Shown piece after piece: positions 1 to 8,365 of a stretch of DNA of 33,024 nt (positions are counted from its first letter, which is position 1; every line of letters begins with the position of its first letter). This DNA is from a virus (Duplodnaviria; Caudoviricetes), in the IMG/VR virus record IMGVR_UViG_3300032024_000055, positions 1 through 33,024 of that record. One strand, given 5' to 3'. The translations under genes were made by a program, and so were the position numbers. Below the pieces are notes generated by a model. That model had not been told where the DNA came from. It saw only the letters and a program-made list of their open reading frames with translations, and did not search any database.

Positions 1-44
1 GCTTAATAATTCAATTGCCAATTCTTAGTCTTTTTCTAAGTCTA

Positions 45-78
45 TGGCTATGGCTCTGGCTCTGGCGATGGCTCTGGC
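45..78. repeat. Degenerate hexamer repeat (TGGCnn)x~6
   Basis: tggcta tggctc tggctc tggcga tggctc tggc. Confidence 0.7.
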
Positions 79-266
79 GTAGTTTAAACTTCCCCCGCCC
101 CCTTAACCTTAAGGTTATTTTGCTCTGGTCGGGTAAAATGGGGGAAGGGAAAAGTGTCATGCGGAATAATTGCTGTGAGTTCTCTACACGAGGTTATAAC
201 GAGACCTAAAACACAGCGTTCACAAGTAGAGTTTTGTGAACCGCATGATGATTTAAAGGAGATACT

Positions 267-395
267 ATGAAGTGTACTAATGAGGAAAGGGTTAATTGTC
301 TGAACTGGGATACTGAAGACCTTATGTGCCTTACCAACGGGATGAGGGTGTTCCCTGAAAGAAAGAAGTGTGTGTTTAAGGAGGAGGACGACTAA
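267..395 (+). CDS. 42-aa Cys-containing hypothetical protein (not in ORF track)
   Basis: AAGGAG RBS; MKCTNEERVNCLNW...KKCVFKEEDD*; TAATG overlap with next gene. Confidence 0.6.
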   Translation: MKCTNEERVNCLNWDTEDLMCLTNGMRVFPERKKCVFKEEDD

Positions 396-577
396 TGGCT
401 AAGAATGAATATTGGACGATAATTGATAAGAAGGGACGATTAATAAGAGAGGGTGGTGAATTGTTTATCCATACTACTAAGAATCGTGTGGGGTTGGTTT
501 TATGGGAAAATGGGGAACAGATAGTCAAAGTTCGTATCGAGATAATAGGTAATTCTAAAAAGGCTAAGAATGACTAA
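395..577 (+). CDS. Hypothetical protein
   Basis: GGAGG RBS; coupled to both neighbours. Confidence 0.7.
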   Translation: MAKNEYWTIIDKKGRLIREGGELFIHTTKNRVGLVLWENGEQIVKVRIEIIGNSKKAKND

Positions 578-863
578 CCCTAATAACAATCGTAAACGTG
601 GTAAAAGGAACGAAAAAGCTCTCGCAGATAGATTAGGTGGCAAAAGAATCGGTATTCTTGGAAAAGAAGATATCCAACATGAACGATATTCGTTTGAGGT
701 AAAATCCTTTGTCCGATATGCAGGTGCTAAGATACTTGAACAGGCTGAACGGAACGCTCCAGCAGGTAAGATACCCCTTGCCATAGTCCACATCAAAAAT
801 CAGCTACGGGATAACGATATAGTAATGATGAGGTTGAGTGAATGGGAGAAGATGAATGGTTAA
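570..863 (+). CDS. PD-(D/E)xK nuclease, Holliday junction resolvase-like
   Basis: RGKRNEKALAD...EDI...FEVK motif order typical of Hjc-type phage resolvases. Confidence 0.7.
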   Translation: MTNPNNNRKRGKRNEKALADRLGGKRIGILGKEDIQHERYSFEVKSFVRYAGAKILEQAERNAPAGKIPLAIVHIKNQLRDNDIVMMRLSEWEKMNG

Positions 864-864
864 C

Positions 865-1476
865 ATGAAGCCTTGTATAAAGTGCGGGGCAATTGAGAGG
901 AATAAAAGAGGAGTTTGCAAACCATGTATAGCAAAATACTATGCCGAATACCGTGCTGATAATAGGGATAAAATTAGAGCCTTCAGTGCCAAATGGCGTG
1001 CCAAAAACACCGAGAAGATAAAGGCTATTAATGCTAAATGGTATGCCGCAAACACAAAGAAGAGAATGGCTATTATTAACAAATGGCAAAAAGAAAACTC
1101 CGAAAAGAAGAAGGCCATTAATATTAAGTGGGCGAAAGATAATCCTGATAAGGTAAAAGCCTTTAAAGCCAGATGGGCGAAAAACAACCCTGAAACTTGC
1201 CGCGTTTATTATCACAACCGCCAAGCCCGTAAAAAAGCTAATGGTGGTAAGCTTTCAAGCAACTTATCAGAACTTCTTTACGCGAGACAGAAGGGTAGAT
1301 GCGCTTGTTGCAAGGAACCTCTCGGAGATAACTACCATCTTGACCATATTATGCCAATTAAGCTTGGTGGGGCGAATGAAGATAGGAATATACAGTTATT
1401 AAGAGCAAGCTGTAATTCAAGTAAGAGTGGTAAGCATCCAGTGGAATATATGCGGAGCAAGGGTTTTTTAATTTAA
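865..1476 (+). CDS. HNH endonuclease with N-terminal ~15-aa helical repeats
   Basis: CACC...HLDHIMPIKLGGAN...NIQLLRASCNSSK; repeated KW...N.EK.KA units; alternative start 856. Confidence 0.88.
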   Translation: MKPCIKCGAIERNKRGVCKPCIAKYYAEYRADNRDKIRAFSAKWRAKNTEKIKAINAKWYAANTKKRMAIINKWQKENSEKKKAINIKWAKDNPDKVKAFKARWAKNNPETCRVYYHNRQARKKANGGKLSSNLSELLYARQKGRCACCKEPLGDNYHLDHIMPIKLGGANEDRNIQLLRASCNSSKSGKHPVEYMRSKGFLI

Positions 1477-1492
1477 AAGGAGAAGCCATGGT

Positions 1493-1690
1493 ATGACTTA
1501 TATTTTTATTGAGACCGTGCTTTTAAACTTCTCCCAAGAATACCGAGTGTATCTTGAGTTGGAGACAAGCAGGAAAATATGGGTGACGGTAGGATGTGGT
1601 ACTTGTTTCCATGATTTTCCTATAATATGTGATGAACGCTCAAATGGGCATAGTAAGTGTAAAAAGACTTGGAAATGGGAGAGGGAATAG
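1493..1690 (+). CDS. Hypothetical protein
   Basis: AGGAG upstream; fills the gap between neighbours. Confidence 0.4.
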   Translation: MTYIFIETVLLNFSQEYRVYLELETSRKIWVTVGCGTCFHDFPIICDERSNGHSKCKKTWKWERE

Positions 1691-1692
1691 AA

Positions 1693-2043
1693 ATGAAGAT
1701 TATCAATCTGACTCAATTCAGAGCGATGCCAGAAGGTACGGTCTTTATGAAGTATGAACCTTGTGTATTTGAACCCCTTAGCGTGAAGGGTGAGACTTGG
1801 GAGTTTGATTTCATAAGTGCGTCCATAACTGATGAGGTGGATGCTGATTCTTCTGAAGAAATGGAGAATAAGTTGCGTTATGCCGAGAATTCAGGGGAAT
1901 CTATAGATATGGATTTTGAAGGGTATATACGAGATGGATGTTTTGAGCCTAACCAGTTATTTGCTGTGTATGAAAAGAAAGATATAGAGGGATTGATAAA
2001 TAAGTTGAATTCATGCTTATCTATGTCCGAGGAGAAAGAATAA
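1693..2043 (+). CDS. Acidic hypothetical protein
   Basis: GAGG RBS before ATG 1693; TAATG coupling downstream. Confidence 0.75.
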   Translation: MKIINLTQFRAMPEGTVFMKYEPCVFEPLSVKGETWEFDFISASITDEVDADSSEEMENKLRYAENSGESIDMDFEGYIRDGCFEPNQLFAVYEKKDIEGLINKLNSCLSMSEEKE

Positions 2044-2336
2044 TGTCCTTGAAATGTGCGAATTGTCTAAATATGAAAGTAACTTATGTAAAGTTGGGGG
2101 GGCATAGTTACAAAACCCACAAAGCCGAATGTAAGTATAACCACCATAAGAAAGCTATTACCCCTGAGCTTCCAATGCCGAGGGGCTGGTTTCAACTGTG
2201 GCTGGTAAAGGATGTTACTCCCCCTAATCCCCATCATTGTGCCGATTACGAATCAATGGGTGAAGAAGTTGAGAGCTTTCTGTTGAGTTTGCCAGTTACC
2301 AAGGATGATTATCGGCAGATTTGGAGGGAGCTATGA
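2043..2336 (+). CDS. Cys/His-containing hypothetical protein
   Basis: GAGGAG RBS; MSLKCANC; ATGA overlap with next gene. Confidence 0.7.
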   Translation: MSLKCANCLNMKVTYVKLGGHSYKTHKAECKYNHHKKAITPELPMPRGWFQLWLVKDVTPPNPHHCADYESMGEEVESFLLSLPVTKDDYRQIWREL

Positions 2337-2755
2337 GAGCGATAAGGTTTCGTTGTTGGGATAAAGACAATAGCGAATGGCTCGTAGAACATGATGTGTA
2401 TTCACAAGTAGAGAATCAGGCGAGGTGGAATCCTGAAGTTGGAGAACGATTTATCCTCATGCAGTTCACAGGACTCCGAGATAAGAACGGGGTTGAAGTG
2501 TTCGAGGGGGATAAAGTACAGACAGGTTATAAAATAAGACACAAGAAAAGTGGAGAGATAAGAGAAGATTATCGTGTAGATGTTGTTACTTTTGGCTATA
2601 GAGAAGGAACAGATTATAAATCTGATTCTTTTTATGGTTGGTTACTTGGTGTGTACCCACTCGATACGCCCACTGGATATAAAAATCCACATTGGGATTG
2701 TTTAGAAGAAAAGTTTGAAGTAGTTGGTAATATCTACGAAGGGTTGCTTAAATGA
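2333..2755 (+). CDS. YopX family protein
   Basis: IRFRCWDK, LMQFTGLRDKNGVEVFEGD and EVVGNIYE signatures. Confidence 0.9.
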   Translation: MRAIRFRCWDKDNSEWLVEHDVYSQVENQARWNPEVGERFILMQFTGLRDKNGVEVFEGDKVQTGYKIRHKKSGEIREDYRVDVVTFGYREGTDYKSDSFYGWLLGVYPLDTPTGYKNPHWDCLEEKFEVVGNIYEGLLK

Positions 2756-3051
2756 CTACCCCTGCCAAAGTCATAAAAGACGAGTGTAGGTGGTGTAAGA
2801 ACGGCAACCAGTTCATCTGTGAGAGTGAAGTCTGTAGCCTGAACAACAAGTCCCTTAGTTCCCTAAAGAGGATACGCTCCCATTGTCTTGATTGTGTTCA
2901 GACCACCTATGAGGTTACGGCTTGCGAGGGGAATATCCTATTCCCAACTCCCCATAAATGCAACCTATGGTGGTATAGGTCGGGTAGGAATCCTAAGAGG
3001 AAGGGGATGGGTGGTAAAGGGGTAAGGTTCGAGAAGGAGAACAAATGCTAA
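2752..3051 (+). CDS. Cys-rich phage protein
   Basis: CRWC, IRSHCLDC...C...CNLWWYRSGRNP; ATGA overlap. Confidence 0.7.
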   Translation: MTTPAKVIKDECRWCKNGNQFICESEVCSLNNKSLSSLKRIRSHCLDCVQTTYEVTACEGNILFPTPHKCNLWWYRSGRNPKRKGMGGKGVRFEKENKC

Positions 3052-3149
3052 AATTATATCTTAATTTCTGGCTTACGGGATTCATTACAGGTGTGGCTTT
3101 TATGTCCATAATAGGGCTTTGGCTATATTTAACTTGGTTGGGTGCTTAA
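3045..3149 (+). CDS. 34-aa single-TM micro-protein
   Basis: AAGGAG RBS; MLKLYLNFWLTGFITGVAFMSIIGLWLYLTWLGA*. Confidence 0.5.
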   Translation: MLKLYLNFWLTGFITGVAFMSIIGLWLYLTWLGA

Positions 3150-3264
3150 TGCTATCCATTGCCTAAGCCTTTCTTCTCGCCAAGACGGGCACACGGACGA
3201 TATAAAAGTCAAGGTTGAACGATAATCTTAAACAGGTGTATTGGGTAGGGAGGGGGTAAAGGCT

Positions 3265-3597
3265 ATGGTTAAAAAGGCATTATATGGTAAAATATTCTCT
3301 AAGAGAATGTGGTTAAATCCAAGTTCTTCCCGTACGGCTTGCGCTGGGGCTTACATAGATTTGGATAATTCTCCAAAAGAGTCATTTAGATATATGGATG
3401 CGGGTATCGAATTGAAGGATTGTAGTCGTTCTATATCCTTAGATTTCTCAGAAGAACCCAAGGATATACATCATTCTTTGAAGAAAATAGATAAGTTGAT
3501 TAAGTTATTCACCGAATTTAGAGAAAAGATGGTAATCGCACAGGGGGAATTCAAGAAAGTTCCACCAAAGAAAAGGGAAAAGGTAGGGAGGGGGTAA
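3265..3597 (+). CDS. Hypothetical protein
   Basis: GAGGGGG upstream of ATG 3265; 110-aa ORF. Confidence 0.7.
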   Translation: MVKKALYGKIFSKRMWLNPSSSRTACAGAYIDLDNSPKESFRYMDAGIELKDCSRSISLDFSEEPKDIHHSLKKIDKLIKLFTEFREKMVIAQGEFKKVPPKKREKVGRG

Positions 3598-3598
3598 A

Positions 3599-3667
3599 AT
3601 GAAGTATTGTGGAGGATGTTATAGCTACTTTATACCCCCTCCATGCTGTCCTCATTGCGGTAAATGA
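3599..3667 (+). CDS. 22-aa CxxC/CxxC micro-peptide
   Basis: GGAGG RBS; MKYCGGCYSYFIPPPCCPHCGK*. Confidence 0.35.
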   Translation: MKYCGGCYSYFIPPPCCPHCGK

Positions 3668-3720
3668 CCTTCCCTGTGCCAACTACGAAAGGAGATAGAG
3701 TGGGGGAACACGGGGAATTT

Positions 3721-3753
3721 AGGGGAGAGTTGGGAGACTCTCCCCTTTAATTT
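3721..3753. terminator. Hairpin terminator where the plus and minus operons converge
   Basis: Perfect 10-bp stem AGGGGAGAGT/ACTCTCCCCT with 6-nt loop, followed by ttaattt; abuts the stop of the last late gene. Confidence 0.75.
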
Positions 3754-3920
3754 ACCCAACTATCACTGACTGCACCTTGACCTACATAGGTGTCAGTGAC
3801 CCCTCCTTCCGCTACCCAAGTGTCGGAAGATGAAGAGAGGGCAATCCATGTATTATCTGGCACTACAACTGCTTCGTTTGTAGTCCCCCCCATGCCTAAA
3901 TTAGGAAGAAAGATTAACAT
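3747..3920 (-). CDS. 57-aa protein with 10-aa [TS][WY] repeats (not in ORF track)
   Basis: GGAGG RBS; MLIFLPNLGMGGTTNEAVVVPDNTWIALSSSSDTWVAEGGVTDTYVGQGAVSDSWVN*; stop directly before the hairpin. Confidence 0.75.
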   Translation of the reverse strand: MLIFLPNLGMGGTTNEAVVVPDNTWIALSSSSDTWVAEGGVTDTYVGQGAVSDSWVN

Positions 3921-3927
3921 AAGCCTC

Positions 3928-5514
3928 CTATGGTGCTATATAGCCACTTACCGTTACGCTGTGAGTCGTTACGGTCGTGGAGGTTATTGCAAGCAAGGTG
4001 TTTGCCGTCAGTCCTAATGGGGTTTTAAAGCCCATCGTCAAGCCGCCTGTGATAGCGGGATAGCATTCAAGGAGTACCGTTCCTGCGGAGCCGTCTAACA
4101 GGGTTATATTTCCCGCCGTTGCTCCATTGGATATCAGCACATCGGTGATGTAGAGCTTCAACCCAGCTCCTGCCGCCGCTTTTATCGTGGCATTGGTCTG
4201 TGCGGAAGCGTAGTCAACCGAGGCTCTCCAGTAATACGGATGTGCCGTCTCAACGAACTGTCTTCCGAAGACATCGGTTATGAAGTTCGTTCTGTCAGCC
4301 TCAACAACTGCCGTGCCGGGAACTGTGCCATCGAAGTCATATGCCTTACCACCAACTTTGATGGGGTTTCCTGAATCTGCCGTATCATGCGCGACATCAC
4401 CAGCAGAAGCGGCTTGTACTGCGAATGTCCCTGCATTTGTCGTTGCTATGGTCTGTGCGGCGGCGACATTGACTGTGCCTATGACTTTGGTTGTCTCAGC
4501 CGCTAAGGTAGAGGCTGACTGGACTGCGAATGTACCTGCGTTGGTAACAGCCGTAGTTTGCCCTGCGGCAATATTTATAGTGCCGATTACCTTAGTGGTC
4601 TCTGCGGCAAGTGTAGAGGCAGATTGTACGGCGAAAGTTCCTGCGTTGGTAACAGCATGAGAAGGCACAGAGGCAAGAGATACTGCAAGAGTTCCAGTTC
4701 CAGCATTAGCCGTTATAGTGCCGCTTACAGGTTGAGTAAACCCTGACCCATTCACATGAAGCGCACCCGTAGAGCCTACACGGAGTAAAGTGGCATCGCC
4801 ATCAATCTCTGTAAGTGTTGTGAGTGCATCGTCCCTGACAGCACCCGCCATTGTAACCACAGTAGGGTTAGCATCATCTACAGCATACTGCGTGCCCCCT
4901 CCCCCGCCTGTTACATGAAGTGCGCCTGTAGAGTTTACCCTGAGTCCTACATAATCGCCGTCAACGGGAGTGAGTGTGGTGAGTGCATCGTCCCTGACAG
5001 CGAGTAAAGCTACACCCGTATCAGTTGCCCCTGCTACGCTGTCAATGGCTTTGCCAAGGTTGGTTGCACCTGTACCTGTGATAACTGAGGTTACATCTAC
5101 ATCACCTATGTCAACCCCTGAGTTCGCCGCCAACTTTCCTATCGAAGCGGTTCCCGCCTGTAAGGTGGACTGCACGGCAAAGGTTCCGGCATTGGTAGTA
5201 GCTATGGTCTGCGCCGCCGCCACATTAATTGTGCCGATAACCTTCGTCGTCTCTGCCGTAAGAGTAGCTTGGGTAGCAAAGGTGCCAGAGTTCTTAACAT
5301 TACCTATCTCAGCTACACCTGCGGCAAGTTTACCAATCTCTGCCGTACCTGCAAGCAATAAGACGGGCATCCCAACTGTCGAGGTAACTCTTGTCTGCGT
5401 ATTGTCAGCACCAAAGGCTACCTTGACATATTGCCAGTGTGCCGTGCCGTCATCGTCTGTCTTAACGGTTGAACCGCCACTTCCAGCGGAAAGTATAATA
5501 TTATCTGCGCACAT
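3928..5514 (-). CDS. Repetitive Ala/Thr/Gly-rich fibre/adhesin-like virion protein
   Basis: 528 aa; AAGGAG RBS; internal repeat modules; end of the late operon. Confidence 0.75.
   Translation of the reverse strand: MCADNIILSAGSGGSTVKTDDDGTAHWQYVKVAFGADNTQTRVTSTVGMPVLLLAGTAEIGKLAAGVAEIGNVKNSGTFATQATLTAETTKVIGTINVAAAQTIATTNAGTFAVQSTLQAGTASIGKLAANSGVDIGDVDVTSVITGTGATNLGKAIDSVAGATDTGVALLAVRDDALTTLTPVDGDYVGLRVNSTGALHVTGGGGGTQYAVDDANPTVVTMAGAVRDDALTTLTEIDGDATLLRVGSTGALHVNGSGFTQPVSGTITANAGTGTLAVSLASVPSHAVTNAGTFAVQSASTLAAETTKVIGTINIAAGQTTAVTNAGTFAVQSASTLAAETTKVIGTVNVAAAQTIATTNAGTFAVQAASAGDVAHDTADSGNPIKVGGKAYDFDGTVPGTAVVEADRTNFITDVFGRQFVETAHPYYWRASVDYASAQTNATIKAAAGAGLKLYITDVLISNGATAGNITLLDGSAGTVLLECYPAITGGLTMGFKTPLGLTANTLLAITSTTVTTHSVTVSGYIAP
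4414..5256 (-). repeat. Two intragenic repeat families in the 528-aa gene
   Basis: AETTKVIGT.N.AA.QT.A.TNAGTFAVQ x3 (~4414-4500, ~4519-4605, ~5170-5256); AVRDDALTTLT..DGD...LRV.STGALHV x2, with 23 identical nt at 4820-4842 and 4979-5001. Confidence 0.85.
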
Positions 5515-5531
5515 AAATTATATTTCTCCTT

Positions 5532-6545
5532 TTATATTCCTACGCCCATCATGCTTAATGTCCCTGCTACTAATTCGCCACCGCCACCGCCAGCCGTAAT
5601 ATATGCGAATGCTCCTATATCCCATGTATCACTTCTGGTAACGCCGATAATATCATCGGAGAACGGGAATACTGCATCGGCTGATAAGTCTGTGCCAAGG
5701 TCTTTAGCGTAGGCATCGCTTGCGGACAGGCTGAAATCATCGCCAGCCTCGTTCGTAAATATAACTTCGCCTGTTTGAGCATTAGCACCCGGCGCATCAC
5801 TGGCAATGTCGGAGTTATTATATTGTGAGTTCGTAGTATCCCAGTTTCCAGAAAATCCGTCCGTGCAATCCTGAGCAATACAGTTTTTAGCAACGCCTCT
5901 GCTCCCCCACGAGTGGAAGGCTCCGGCGGCGGCAGTTACATTCTGGGCCGTACAATTATAGATGTACTGGAATAGTCCTGCGCCGGAGTCGTCCCAGTTA
6001 AAACGTCCCATGTCATACATGAGAGTATTGTAGATATAGGCGGTGTTACCGCTTGTAGCACCATAAAACCCATTATGCACGCCGAGGTCAGCTGTGGCCT
6101 TGCGAAGGATACCATATCCGAACCTGAAGTGATTCCCTGCGTTGTAGTTTACAAAAATATGATAACCCGCAGTGCCGTAGTCCTCAATCTGCAACCCCTC
6201 GCATCTGGTGTACGCCTCATTGACCGTAAGTGCCGTTACGCCGTTCATCGAGAGGCGATATTTAGAAGTAGACCATGTGCCGGTATGCCTTCCTGCGGCA
6301 TCTGTGCGGATGGTGATATAGTAAGTGGCGTTGGTAGTCCAACCATCAATGGTAACGGCTGTCCCGTCAGCCGTAGAGCCTTCACAAATTACGATGTGAG
6401 TATTAGTGGCAGTTACGAGGTCAGTGTTCTCTGCCGCCTCCCAAGCATTTAGCGAAGCATACGCCGCTTGCGCACCAGAGGTCGCATTGGTCGTTCCATC
6501 ACCGCCTGACGAGGCTGTATTGACATATCTGGTTATGACTGCCAC
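5532..6545 (-). CDS. Beta-helix-like adhesin with C-terminal DIGA motif and Gly linker
   Basis: Asn-ladder pattern (IYNT, IYNC, AKNC); ...DDIIGVTRSDTWDIGAFAY-ITAGGGGG-ELVAGTLSMMGVGI*. Confidence 0.65.
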   Translation of the reverse strand: MAVITRYVNTASSGGDGTTNATSGAQAAYASLNAWEAAENTDLVTATNTHIVICEGSTADGTAVTIDGWTTNATYYITIRTDAAGRHTGTWSTSKYRLSMNGVTALTVNEAYTRCEGLQIEDYGTAGYHIFVNYNAGNHFRFGYGILRKATADLGVHNGFYGATSGNTAYIYNTLMYDMGRFNWDDSGAGLFQYIYNCTAQNVTAAAGAFHSWGSRGVAKNCIAQDCTDGFSGNWDTTNSQYNNSDIASDAPGANAQTGEVIFTNEAGDDFSLSASDAYAKDLGTDLSADAVFPFSDDIIGVTRSDTWDIGAFAYITAGGGGGELVAGTLSMMGVGI

Positions 6546-6916
6546 TAACCTATGACTCCTGTATTCTTATTGCGAATATAATTCTTTACCTGTGCCAAGG
6601 AAACTTCGATGAATCGATTATCTCGAAGCTGGTTAATTACACTGAGAGGGAGAAGCGTCCAATCAATATTGTAAATCCTCCTCTTTATGAGATTAAAAGG
6701 CTTGAGCAGTTCCCTATGTTCCACCATATAATTATCTGCTTGAGCCTTCGTAACGCCTGTTACTCGCACAAGCACGAAGGGCGTGTTGGCAGGTGGAACT
6801 TGGAGCTTGCCATGCTCAAACACCTCCACAATATCCCCCCGCTTGTAGCAACCCCGTGCATCTTTAATTGGGTCAGGGTGAGTTCGATTGACTGCCATGA
6901 TAAGTAAATCTGCCAT
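6545..6916 (-). CDS. Hypothetical protein (late operon)
   Basis: 123-aa ORF whose stop overlaps the next start. Confidence 0.75.
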   Translation of the reverse strand: MADLLIMAVNRTHPDPIKDARGCYKRGDIVEVFEHGKLQVPPANTPFVLVRVTGVTKAQADNYMVEHRELLKPFNLIKRRIYNIDWTLLPLSVINQLRDNRFIEVSLAQVKNYIRNKNTGVIG

Positions 6917-6932
6917 TATCCCGCCGGTATGG

Positions 6933-7262
6933 TTAAAAAGTTACGCGCAGATTGGTTGGCGCACCCGGAGCCAGACGGTAGGTAAAATTTAGTTCGTTAC
7001 TCTTTGCCCCCTCGTTCCCCGATGTGTCGTAGGCTGTCATGGTGCAGAATGAAGTCCCCTCGGGGAAGGTAGGCGCCATATAAGTAGACACATTACCAGC
7101 ATCGGTGAACAGGGTATGTGAACCCGTCTCCGTGCCGCAATATATTCTCGCACCCGCAAGGTCGGTCAGAGGCGAGTCGTCTTCGTTGACGGTCGGCATA
7201 TCCCATGTGAAGGTTACGGCTACGAGAAACATCAGGGTTATCATCTTGGCAAGTCTGTTCAT
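6933..7262 (-). CDS. Secreted fibronectin type III domain protein
   Basis: Signal-like N-terminus, then VTFTWD...DLAGARIY.G...GNV..Y...TAYDTSGNEG.KSNE. Confidence 0.8.
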   Translation of the reverse strand: MNRLAKMITLMFLVAVTFTWDMPTVNEDDSPLTDLAGARIYCGTETGSHTLFTDAGNVSTYMAPTFPEGTSFCTMTAYDTSGNEGAKSNELNFTYRLAPGAPTNLRVTF

Positions 7263-7504
7263 TTCAACCCCTCTATTGCCAGTTTATAACGCTCCACGGC
7301 AAGCATCCATATAAGATATTCGCTCCGGTTGGCCCCATCAAGGCATACTCGCCCGTCCACATCCACAAACTCATATCGGGGTTCTGGGAAATCGGGGATT
7401 GCTTCATTTGCCAGCCTCCTTGTTGCGCATCCGCTTGAGAGTATCGTTAATGCTGTCAGCGTCAACATGATGGGTTTCGCCCATCTTCCTGATTTGCAGT
7501 TCAC
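7259..7504 (-). CDS. o-spanin (Rz1-like lipoprotein)
   Basis: Hydrophobic stretch ending in lipobox LSSG-C; Pro-containing mature part; overlaps the 3' end of the i-spanin. Confidence 0.7.
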   Translation of the reverse strand: MNCKSGRWAKPIMLTLTALTILSSGCATRRLANEAIPDFPEPRYEFVDVDGRVCLDGANRSEYLIWMLAVERYKLAIEGLK

Positions 7505-7661
7505 ACGCTATCCTTTCGCTCTTTAGCATCTTCAAGAGCTTTACATTCTCTGCGACCGTGTCGTTCACGAGGCTTCGGCTCTTGCCGGCACGATAGACCA
7601 TGAAGGCAAACAGCCCCCAGCCCGTTAAGGCAAACGCTCCTATAAGGGCAAGGGGCATCAT
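7404..7661 (-). CDS. i-spanin (Rz-like)
   Basis: N-terminal TM segment plus coiled-coil-like tail; follows the holin. Confidence 0.7.
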   Translation of the reverse strand: MMPLALIGAFALTGWGLFAFMVYRAGKSRSLVNDTVAENVKLLKMLKSERIACELQIRKMGETHHVDADSINDTLKRMRNKEAGK

Positions 7662-7662
7662 G

Positions 7663-7842
7663 CTATATCACCTTCGGCTTGGCGACATACCTGAATACGA
7701 TAGCAAGTGCGGCGAGGATACTATCGATGAACAGGGATATATCCGCCTCTACCACATCGTTACCGGTGAGTTTGAGTATCTGGTGGATAATCATAATCAC
7801 CAGCGTTGCGTAAGTCTTGTAGCCATTGATGAAAGTCAGCAT
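7663..7842 (-). CDS. Holin, 59 aa (not in ORF track)
   Basis: AGGAG RBS; MLTFINGYKTYATLVIMII...SILAALAIVFRYVAKPKVI*: two hydrophobic segments, GYKTY motif, basic tail. Confidence 0.75.
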   Translation of the reverse strand: MLTFINGYKTYATLVIMIIHQILKLTGNDVVEADISLFIDSILAALAIVFRYVAKPKVI

Positions 7843-7952
7843 TTTGTTTTCTCCTGTTTAGTTTGTTTGCAGTTATCACATATAAAATCTTCATCCATCG
7901 TTTGTATGTTGTGGCATATCTTACAAACATTTATTACGGGCCACTTCGTCAT
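7836..7952 (-). CDS. 38-aa CxxC/CxxC micro-protein
   Basis: ATGA overlap with the endolysin stop; MTKWPVINVCKICHNIQTMDEDFICDNCKQTKQEKTKC*. Confidence 0.5.
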   Translation of the reverse strand: MTKWPVINVCKICHNIQTMDEDFICDNCKQTKQEKTKC

Positions 7953-8365
7953 GTTATCCTATCATTCTTCATTATGTTTGATAGTTCTATCGCCCTATTC
8001 CCTACCTGTTTAGCCCACTTAGAATTAAGCATTTCTACCGAAGCCTTATCGTACCTTCCATTAGCAAGATGGGCTATGGTTTGTTTGAACGCCTTGAACT
8101 TGCCCATTCCAATATTGAATACCATGCTTGCTACTACTGCCTGACGGGGACTTGACATAAATGCAAACCATTCAAACTCTTTTATACACTGGCTGACAAC
8201 CTCACCTATATCATGGTCTAACATATCATCGGCTTCTCTGAGTGAGATGCCTTTGTCGTCAAGGTTTCGTCCGTACCCTATGGTTAGTTTGCCAACAGAA
8301 TCTACATAAGGATGGAGTTTAAGTCCTTCATGTTTCTTTAGTAGGGCTACAAGTATTTCTCTCAC
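7949..8365 (-). CDS. Endolysin, T4-lysozyme-like (GH24)
   Basis: HEG...YVDSVGKLTIGYGRNL (E-D-T triad); MVFNIG, SKWAKQVGNRA. Confidence 0.93.
   Translation of the reverse strand: MREILVALLKKHEGLKLHPYVDSVGKLTIGYGRNLDDKGISLREADDMLDHDIGEVVSQCIKEFEWFAFMSSPRQAVVASMVFNIGMGKFKAFKQTIAHLANGRYDKASVEMLNSKWAKQVGNRAIELSNIMKNDRIT

Noticed and set aside
15-209. LWLWLW ORF or GYGSGSGDG protein from the hexamer repeat
   Set aside because: The Gly-repeat frame has a stop at 37-39 and no start; the Trp-rich frame is a by-product of the repeat.
4414-5256. Diversity-generating retroelement template/variable repeats
   Set aside because: Differences are mostly synonymous rather than adenine-specific, all copies are in-frame coding, and no reverse transcriptase is in the window.
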